Positions 57,334 through 64,000 of a DNA stretch of 64,000 nucleotides are shown here, in pieces (within the stretch, counting starts at the first letter, position 1; each line of letters opens with the position of its first letter). A model generated the notes under the pieces. The model made no database searches, had not been told where the DNA came from, and worked only from the letters and a program-made list of their open reading frames with translations. The position numbers and the translations under genes are program-made. The DNA is from a bacterium (lineage in GTDB: Bacteria; JACRDZ01; JAQUKH01): positions 548-64,547 of the forward strand of contig JBFMCF010000054.1 of assembly GCA_040754625.1 (NCBI GenBank). Reading direction: 5' to 3'.

Positions 57334-58595
57334 TTTAATTTACCTTCCTTTCTTAAATATTCTTCAATCTTTTTTTCGATCTCATCCTTCTTAAAGAAAT
57401 TATGAAAATAAGTGTTATCCGCTAGGATTAATGCCTTTTTTACAGCCGAAAGTACGTCCTGGGTTATATCCTTATTTTCAACCTCAATTTTTATGGGCCC
57501 GATTTTATCTATTTTCTCGTCCGTTAATTTAGTCCTTGTCAGGACATCCTTCGCGTAAAAATTCACCAGGGATATATTTTTAACCTGGTCGAACCCGGAT
57601 TTATTTATCTCCAGGGACAGTATCCTGCCTTTTTCCTTGTCCTGGGCGCCGATGGCAACCACCATGTTGAATTTACCAAGTGCAGTATTCAATTCCAGGG
57701 GTATCACATATCCCAGGATAATTCCCCGGACAAAAGGCTTTTTATACACATCATCCCTGTAAATCACGTAAAAAGAATAAATTGAATCCGACGACACAAG
57801 GTCAATTACATATCTTGACGCGTTTGGAAAAGATTTTTGGACCTGTTCCAACGGATTTTCGCCTAATAATGCGGTTTTGCTCTCAGTAAACTTTTTTATT
57901 TTGGCAAAGGCCTCGTCCTTTTTGATCTTATTCCCGAATTTAAAGTCATCGAGATACACCAGGACTTTTTTCATACCGCGCAGTGTCTTATGGAAACCTT
58001 CATTTTCTTTCGGCGCCGGGTTTTGTATGCGGCTGACCATATCCAGGGCCAAAATATTCCTGTCTTCAATTTTCTGGCCCGTCAAATATTCATTAAAATA
58101 AAAATGTTCCAAAGTCAACCCGATAAATTGGGAATAAAACTCCGGCGTCTGGAGTTTTTCCTTTTCGAATGAGGGCAGTTTCTGGTAGTAAAATTCCCGG
58201 ATCCTTTCATCCAGGTCAAATGCCAGCATCAACTGCGAATTATCCGCCCCGGGCCAGCCCTGGTTCGCGCCGAAGACCCAGCCAATCGCGTCCGGGCCTT
58301 TAAGGATTTCATAAAAGACATAGGGAATGTCCTTTGTTTCCCATATCGGGTCCCATTTGTCACCCAGGCGTTTTTCCAATTCCTTATACAGGGCCTCGCC
58401 GCCAATTCCCCGTTTATCGCCTGTTTCATCCGTCCTGATAAATTCCGCGCGGTAGTTGGTCCTTTCCGGGAAAAGACGGATAGTGTCCTGGTCCGCGTTC
58501 GTCAACTGGCACGGGACCACCTGGGACTGGGCGAACAGTTTCAATGTTACAAATAGCATAAAAATTATCAAAATTGTTACTAATTTCTTATACAT
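57330..58595 (-). CDS. hypothetical secreted protein
   Basis: 421 aa with a signal peptide. No family recognised. Confidence 0.45.
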   Translation of the reverse strand: MYKKLVTILIIFMLFVTLKLFAQSQVVPCQLTNADQDTIRLFPERTNYRAEFIRTDETGDKRGIGGEALYKELEKRLGDKWDPIWETKDIPYVFYEILKGPDAIGWVFGANQGWPGADNSQLMLAFDLDERIREFYYQKLPSFEKEKLQTPEFYSQFIGLTLEHFYFNEYLTGQKIEDRNILALDMVSRIQNPAPKENEGFHKTLRGMKKVLVYLDDFKFGNKIKKDEAFAKIKKFTESKTALLGENPLEQVQKSFPNASRYVIDLVSSDSIYSFYVIYRDDVYKKPFVRGIILGYVIPLELNTALGKFNMVVAIGAQDKEKGRILSLEINKSGFDQVKNISLVNFYAKDVLTRTKLTDEKIDKIGPIKIEVENKDITQDVLSAVKKALILADNTYFHNFFKKDEIEKKIEEYLRKEGKLK

Positions 58596-58721
58596 AAAAT
58601 CTCCTTATAAAATTCAAAAGGCAAAATGAAAAAGTTAAAATTGTAGTGTGTTTCGCAAAATATTTTTTATCACGAAGTGATCCCATATTTTTAATTTTGA
58701 TTTTTAAATTTTTCATTTATT

Positions 58722-59924
58722 TTACCCCTTCTGCCCATAAAACAACAGTCCTACCCATGTATCCTTTTCCCCGAAGATAGTATCAAGGTCTCTCGATACC
58801 ACAAACTGCAGATTATAATTCGCGGAAAAGCCGTAGGTCAATCCCCCGCGGAGCGCGGTATTACTGCCGTTTTCGGGACTGCCGCGATTCTGGGTAAAAT
58901 TCTCAAATTGCGCGAATCCGGACCATCTGTTATCCCTGTCCAGCGAGTATTTTATTTCAGCAAATTCCGCCAAGACATTTTCCTTATCCGCGTCCCTGCC
59001 AACGGAAATCTCTCCGCGCAGCCTTAATGGCCCATACAACTTTTGCCCGTCCAGTCCCATCCGCCATTTTTTTATAACATTACCCATGAAACTGCTTTCT
59101 TTCTCATCCATTGTGACACTTCGCAGTTTTTCAACGGCCATGGGATCAAATACTTTTCCGATCAGGCATGACATTCCCAGCCATTCATTAAGGTGTTCCC
59201 CGATTCTCGGCGTGGATATTTTCCCTGAAAGAATATAGTTCCCGTCCCGTTCAAAATATTCCATGCCGGAACCTCGGGTAACCGCCGCCTGGTATTCGAA
59301 TAATTCATTCTGCCCTTCCAATCCCACACCCCAGTCCCTGTCAACTCCTGAAAATTCCATCGCGGGGCTTTGCAGTAACGTGCCGTGCGTGTCAATCCAC
59401 GGCTGTATGCCGAAAGGTACATAAAAATGGCCCAGCCTGACATTTACCATCGGCGGTAAAACACGGAGCCTCAAATAAGCATTGTGCAATTCTGTTTCAA
59501 AATCATTCCTGCCTTCGGTATATTCACGGCCCATCTTACTGCCATAAGCGAATTGATTGTTATAATAGGCCGCTCTGAACTGCACATTCATATCGCCTAT
59601 CTGCCCCCTTTGACCTGAAAATGTCCCGAATAAAATAAAACCGAGCGAATTCCTGCCTTCCATCTGTTCAAGCTCAGACGAATATCTTTCAGAAAGGTAT
59701 AGCTCTTTGTAAATAATATAACTGTCTCTCCTGGCCATTGCTTTAAAAAGGTTTTTCAGGAACTGATCACTTCGTGAAAAATACGGTTCCGCCTTTTGCT
59801 TTTCAACGGCTTTGGGCCTTTCCAAATCCGCGCCTATTTCTTCCAGAACGTCATCCGAGGCAAGGCCCGGCTTTCCAAAAATAAATATTAACATTAAAAA
59901 ACCTGACAAAATAGTTTTAAACAT
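58722..59924 (-). CDS. putative outer-membrane (porin-like) protein
   Basis: 400 aa with a signal peptide and beta-rich sequence. Confidence 0.45.
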   Translation of the reverse strand: MFKTILSGFLMLIFIFGKPGLASDDVLEEIGADLERPKAVEKQKAEPYFSRSDQFLKNLFKAMARRDSYIIYKELYLSERYSSELEQMEGRNSLGFILFGTFSGQRGQIGDMNVQFRAAYYNNQFAYGSKMGREYTEGRNDFETELHNAYLRLRVLPPMVNVRLGHFYVPFGIQPWIDTHGTLLQSPAMEFSGVDRDWGVGLEGQNELFEYQAAVTRGSGMEYFERDGNYILSGKISTPRIGEHLNEWLGMSCLIGKVFDPMAVEKLRSVTMDEKESSFMGNVIKKWRMGLDGQKLYGPLRLRGEISVGRDADKENVLAEFAEIKYSLDRDNRWSGFAQFENFTQNRGSPENGSNTALRGGLTYGFSANYNLQFVVSRDLDTIFGEKDTWVGLLFYGQKG

Positions 59925-60033
59925 AATTACTCCATTGAAATTTTTAACTTAAACCATCGGCAATAATTCCAAATTAATTATACTACTATTAATTTGAAAC
60001 AAGCCGCAAATCTCTTGAAAAAATATTTTTTGA

Positions 60034-60420
60034 TCAAATAAGAAATGAACAGTCTTTGAGGAAAATTGGAATGGAACAAGATTTGAATAAAAATTCACCG
60101 CTGTGCAAAATATCATTGTTTTCTGAAAGAACATTAACATAGCGCCTATTTTGCACGAATGATACGAACTGTTTTAATAAACTATTGGCCGCGTTGCTTT
60201 TATTTTCAAAAACAAAATCCAGGGGAATGCTTATTTTGCACTCGCATTTCGAGGTATTCTTATAATTAAATGAAGCCTTCTTGGAACAGCATGAATGATT
60301 TTCTTCATTTTTTTCCATCCCGCAGCAAGTCTTCACATACGCAAACCCTGATGCGGTGCCGAATAAAAATATAATCCCTATAATGAACGCTTTTTTATAT
60401 TTTTTTATGAAATTAAACAT
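60034..60420 (-). CDS. small membrane-anchored Cys-rich protein (CC..HSCC..CEC motifs)
   Basis: 128 aa. N-terminal TM followed by TCCGMEKNEENHSCCSKK...CEC. Lies immediately downstream of csoR. Confidence 0.45.
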   Translation of the reverse strand: MFNFIKKYKKAFIIGIIFLFGTASGFAYVKTCCGMEKNEENHSCCSKKASFNYKNTSKCECKISIPLDFVFENKSNAANSLLKQFVSFVQNRRYVNVLSENNDILHSGEFLFKSCSIPIFLKDCSFLI

Positions 60421-60434
60421 CGAAATTCCTTTTT

Positions 60435-60719
60435 TTATTTGCGAAAATTTTCCAATACGTCAACAATTTCCTTTATTTTTTCCCGTTTTTCTTTTTCAGT
60501 TCCGGAAATAAATGCGTTCGCGAAACAAGTCTCTAAATGTCTTTTAAGGATATTGTTTTCAACTTTTTTTACCGCCCCGGCAACCGCTGAAAGCTGGAGG
60601 AGGATATCCACGCAATATCTTCTTTCTTCGAGCATTTTCTGTATCCCGAGGATCTGCCCTTCAATTTTTTTAAGCCTTAATATTTCATCTGAATGATACG
60701 CGCCTTTTATCATTAACAT
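60435..60719 (-). CDS. csoR: CsoR/RcnR-family copper-sensing repressor
   Basis: 94 aa. The Cys-His-Cys ligand pattern (RYCVD...KRHLETC) is conserved. Confidence 0.8.
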   Translation of the reverse strand: MLMIKGAYHSDEILRLKKIEGQILGIQKMLEERRYCVDILLQLSAVAGAVKKVENNILKRHLETCFANAFISGTEKEKREKIKEIVDVLENFRK

Positions 60720-60736
60720 CCCTTTTTAAGGATAAT

Positions 60737-60758
60737 ATACCATACTCCCCCAGGGTAT
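60737..60758 (-). promoter_or_regulatory. CsoR-box-like pseudo-palindrome upstream of csoR
   Basis: On the minus strand it reads ATACCCTGGGGGAGTATGGTAT. This resembles the B. subtilis CsoR operator, which is recalled from memory. Confidence 0.45.
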
Positions 60759-60781
60759 GTCAAGTGTTTTTTTTATTTTTT

Positions 60782-63412
60782 TTATTTCCGCCCGTCAATC
60801 CCCTGAAATTCATATCTCTTCATCAAAAGCGAATTGCTTACAACGGACACAGAACTGAAGGCCATGGCCGCTCCCGCGATCATCGGGTTAAGGAGAAAAC
60901 CAGTGAAAGGGTAAAGTATGCCCGCGGCAACCGGTATACCAATCGTGTTATAAAAAAACGCCCAGAAAAGGTTCTGCTTTATTTTTCTCATCGCGTAACT
61001 TGAAAGATCCATCGCAATCGCAACATCGCGGAGATCATCTTTTATAAGGACAATATCTCCCGACTCAATCGCGACATCTGTTCCTGTCCCTATTGCTATT
61101 CCGATATCAGCCTGGCTTAAAGCAGGAGCGTCGTTTATGCCGTCTCCTACCATGGCAACTTTTAAGCCCTCAACCTGAAGTTTTTTTATTTCTTCCGCTT
61201 TATTCTGCGGCAATACTTCAGCCAAAACACGCTCTATTCCAAGCTGTCCGGCTATCGCTTTACCTGTGCGGACATTATCACCTGTTATCATAATAACATT
61301 CTTGCCCATATTTTTTAAAGCGTTAACCGCTTCTTGAGAATGTTCCTTTAGCGTATCGGCAACCGCAACCAAACCTTCTAATTTATTATTTATAACTACG
61401 AGCATGGCAGTCTTTCCCTGATTTTCCAGATCCTGCAAAGCATTTTCCCTCGACAAGACATCAATCGACAGGTTCTCCATAAATTTTCTGTTACCAAGAT
61501 AAATAGTTTTTCCCTGCCACAGGGCTTGGACACCTTTACCTGTTATTGAATCGAAACTTTCCGCCTCCGGTACGGTAATATTTCTTTTCTCCGCGCCTTT
61601 TACAATCGCCTCTCCAAGCGGGTGCTCTGACTTTTTCTCGGCCAGTGCGGCAAACATTAAAATATCATTTTCGCTGTAACTTCCATGAGTTATAACATCC
61701 GTCAATTCAGGTTCCCCTTTTGTAAGTGTCCCTGTTTTGTCAAAAACCACGGTATTGATCTCATGAGCCGTCTGAAGCGCGTCCGCGCTTTTTATCAAAA
61801 TACCATGTTCAGCGCCAAGCCCTGTTCCCACCATAACGGCAGTCGGAGTGGCAAGCCCTAAAGCACAGGGACAGGCAATGATCAACACAGCTATAAAAGT
61901 TGAAAGAGCGAACACAAAACTTTTTCCGGCAAGCATCCATCCGGAAAACGCCAGTATCGCTATTAAAACAACTGCAGGGACAAAATAAGCGGATATTTTA
62001 TCCGCCAATTCCTGAACACGGGCTTTAGACCCTTGAGCTTCTTCCACAAGTTTAATTATTTGAGCAAGCGCGGTATCTTTCCCAACCTTAGTAGCCATAA
62101 ACTTAAAACTCCCTGTTTTATTTATTGTCGCGCCGATAATTTTTGAACCCGCGGATTTTTCAACAGGAATACTCTCTCCTGTCAGCATGGATTCATCAAC
62201 GCTTGAATGCCCCCCGGCCACTTCTCCGTCAACCGGAATTTTTTGTCCAGGTTTTACAATAACTATATCACCGGGGATCACCTCTTCTATCGGAATTTCC
62301 TGTTCACGGCCTTCCCGTTCCACCAAAGCGGTTTTCGGCTGAAGCCCCATAAGCTTTTTTATCGCTTCTGAGGTTTTACCCTTCGCGACCGCTTCAAGCG
62401 TTTTACCGAAAAGAATAAACGCTATAAGTATTCCCGCGACTTCAAAATACAGATTTTCTATACCGCCGTAGTTTGTATTGCCGCGCCAGATATTAACAGA
62501 TACAAAAAGGCTGTACAGGTATGCCGAACCGGTACCGACAGCGACAAGCGTATCCATGTTGGCAGTTCTTGTTTTAAAAACGGCTGTTATTCCCCTCGTA
62601 TAAAACTGGTTTCCAATGATAATTATAGGGGTCGCGAAAACAAACTGCAGAAGCGCCATATTTTTCATAATGATTTCAGGCACAGGCAAACCTATGTGAT
62701 GCCCCATCGCGAGATACAGAAGCGGAATTCCCAGAATAAAAGAAAATATAGTTTTAAACCTGAGCGTATTAATTTCTTTTTCCCTTGCCTCTCTTTCCGC
62801 GTCAACTGTTGATTCAGTTTCTTCAAGAGGCGTATATCCCGAGTCCTTTATTGTTTCTTTTATTTTTTCTTTAGTAATCCTTGAAGGGTCAAATGTTATG
62901 ATCCCCCGCTCATTAATGAACAATTCTTTTGATATGATTCCTGGCAGGCTTTCAATCGCTCCTTTCACTGTTCCCAGGCAATGCGGATTATCCATCCCTA
63001 TTATTTTAAGCCTTAGCACATTACCCTTATCCTGCGTTTTTGGTTTTATGACCTTATACCCTATTTTTTCAATGGTATTTTCGATCTTCTGCAGGCCGAC
63101 CGCCTGCGGGTCATATTCAACCAGGGCCTTGCCGGAAGCGAAATTCACATTCGCCGTGTACACGCCTTTCATGCGTTTAAGCCCCATCTCGATAGACATG
63201 ACGCAGGACGCGCAGGTCATGCCGGATATGCCTATAATTGTTTTTTCGAGCTTCATGCCTTCGGGCGCTTTTTTATGTTCAAACGGCAGGTCCTCTCCCA
63301 AAAATTTACGTTTGCAGATATTACTGCAAAAATAATAAATTTTGCCGTCTTTTTCCGCTTTTATGGCCGTCTTTTCATCGACTTCCATGCCGCATACAGG
63401 GTCAATGGCCAT
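60782..63412 (-). CDS. copA: copper-translocating P1B-type ATPase with N-terminal TRASH/YHS-like domain and HMA domains
   Basis: 876 aa. [12 protein letters not shown]...YYFCSNIC (TRASH), GMTCASCV (HMA), CPC, DKTGT, GDGIND. Confidence 0.9.
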   Translation of the reverse strand: MAIDPVCGMEVDEKTAIKAEKDGKIYYFCSNICKRKFLGEDLPFEHKKAPEGMKLEKTIIGISGMTCASCVMSIEMGLKRMKGVYTANVNFASGKALVEYDPQAVGLQKIENTIEKIGYKVIKPKTQDKGNVLRLKIIGMDNPHCLGTVKGAIESLPGIISKELFINERGIITFDPSRITKEKIKETIKDSGYTPLEETESTVDAEREAREKEINTLRFKTIFSFILGIPLLYLAMGHHIGLPVPEIIMKNMALLQFVFATPIIIIGNQFYTRGITAVFKTRTANMDTLVAVGTGSAYLYSLFVSVNIWRGNTNYGGIENLYFEVAGILIAFILFGKTLEAVAKGKTSEAIKKLMGLQPKTALVEREGREQEIPIEEVIPGDIVIVKPGQKIPVDGEVAGGHSSVDESMLTGESIPVEKSAGSKIIGATINKTGSFKFMATKVGKDTALAQIIKLVEEAQGSKARVQELADKISAYFVPAVVLIAILAFSGWMLAGKSFVFALSTFIAVLIIACPCALGLATPTAVMVGTGLGAEHGILIKSADALQTAHEINTVVFDKTGTLTKGEPELTDVITHGSYSENDILMFAALAEKKSEHPLGEAIVKGAEKRNITVPEAESFDSITGKGVQALWQGKTIYLGNRKFMENLSIDVLSRENALQDLENQGKTAMLVVINNKLEGLVAVADTLKEHSQEAVNALKNMGKNVIMITGDNVRTGKAIAGQLGIERVLAEVLPQNKAEEIKKLQVEGLKVAMVGDGINDAPALSQADIGIAIGTGTDVAIESGDIVLIKDDLRDVAIAMDLSSYAMRKIKQNLFWAFFYNTIGIPVAAGILYPFTGFLLNPMIAGAAMAFSSVSVVSNSLLMKRYEFQGIDGRK

Positions 63413-63506
63413 TTTGATTTACTCCTTTTTTTAATTCTACACCCGGAAGCAGGGAATTTGTCAAGCATATTTTCATTTTTTTATGGGCCCTTCATACCGC
63501 GTTCAT

Positions 63507-63530
63507 TATACTATACCCCTGTATAGTATA
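63507..63530. promoter_or_regulatory. perfect 9-bp inverted repeat ATACTATAC-CCCT-GTATAGTAT in the copA/ccdA divergent promoter region
   Basis: Read directly. It has a C-rich centre like CsoR boxes. Confidence 0.4.
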
Positions 63531-63578
63531 TCAAGAATTAAATTTGCCAAAGCTGAATTATTATGTTATATTTTAATT

Positions 63579-64000
63579 ATGAATGAAAATAACCCGATTT
63601 CCCTTTTTATGGCGTTCTCGGCAGGCGTTCTTTCTTTTATTTCACCATGCGTCCTGCCCCTTATTCCCGGTTATATTTCAATCATCACGGGCCTGTCATT
63701 CGATGAGTTAAACGCGCAAGGCAAAGAAAATAAAAACAAGGTATTCATAAATACTTTGTTTTTTGTCCTTGGTTTCAGCACTGTTTTTATTCTCATGGGC
63801 GCGTCCGCGACGTTCCTGGGGCAGGCAATTTTACGTTATTCAGATTCAAGCGCTGTAAGGTATATTTCAGGGACACTGATTATACTTTTCGGCGTGCATT
63901 TCACGGGCCTGGTCAAACTTAAATTTTTATATAAAGAAAAAAGGCTTTTCGCGAATAAAATAAATAATATAACTTTCGCGGGGGTCTTTTTCATGGGTGC
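63579..64000 (+). CDS. ccdA: cytochrome c-type biogenesis protein CcdA (DsbD family), 5' partial, runs off window end
   Basis: MNENNPISLFMAFSAGVLSFISPCVLPLIPGYISI... No stop before 64000. Confidence 0.7.
   Translation, partial: MNENNPISLFMAFSAGVLSFISPCVLPLIPGYISIITGLSFDELNAQGKENKNKVFINTLFFVLGFSTVFILMGASATFLGQAILRYSDSSAVRYISGTLIILFGVHFTGLVKLKFLYKEKRLFANKINNITFAGVFFMG

Noticed and set aside
1-64000. CRISPR arrays, rRNA, tRNA
   Set aside because: No regularly spaced repeat-spacer array and no sequence with tRNA or rRNA characteristics was recognised in the intergenic regions.

Overview
The window is an AT-rich bacterial chromosomal segment with a Gram-negative-type envelope (secretin, outer-membrane beta-barrels), coded almost entirely on the minus strand. 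In order it contains:

- **1-4320, accessory/TA islet:** a pRiA4b-ORF3-like partial gene, a Fic-type wHTH remnant, a YhcG/DUF1016 PDDEXK nuclease and an AbiEi/AbiEii pair. The AbiE pair is bracketed by a 16-bp direct repeat.
- **4322-12196:** the conserved PBP1C + alpha-2-macroglobulin pair. The thioester CIEQ motif is present.
- **12233-32555:** aroK, a Wzy_C/O-antigen-ligase-like+TPR membrane protein, aroC, then a complete type IVa pilus locus, followed by aroE. Gene order in the pilus locus is pilQ-pilP-pilin-like-lipoprotein-pilO-pilN-pilM-PilX-like-minor pilin-795-aa giant pilin-like-pilD-pilA-pilC-pilT-pilB.
- **32868-39202, the most interesting part:** comEC and comEA are separated by a 4-gene minus-strand cassette. 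It consists of three uncharacterised, translationally coupled small ORFs plus a Type III Res-like helicase-nuclease with no Mod gene. The Res reading frame carries an in-frame TAA that cuts off its C-terminal PD-ExK motif. This is a candidate undescribed, possibly decaying, defence module inserted in a competence locus.
- **39300-48569:** hflX, a wHTH/NTase-fold gene with a near-consensus promoter and palindromic operator, hemE-hemH-hemY, ubiB, a phasin-like gene, family-4 UDG and greA.
- **48700-51598:** outer-membrane beta-barrel genes. A retropepsin-like protease gene among them is flanked by 27-bp direct repeats.
- **51599-64000, copper/thiol island:** a Met-rich periplasmic protein, a double-YHS protein, two paralogous ABC ATPases plus a MacB/FtsX-like permease, TlpA, csoR, copA and partial ccdA. 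Unknown lipoprotein, secreted and outer-membrane proteins and a Cys-rich small protein lie among them.

Two families of structured intergenic repeats, palindromic GTTTAAAC arrays and CsoR-box-like palindromes are also present. No rRNA, tRNA or CRISPR array was recognised.
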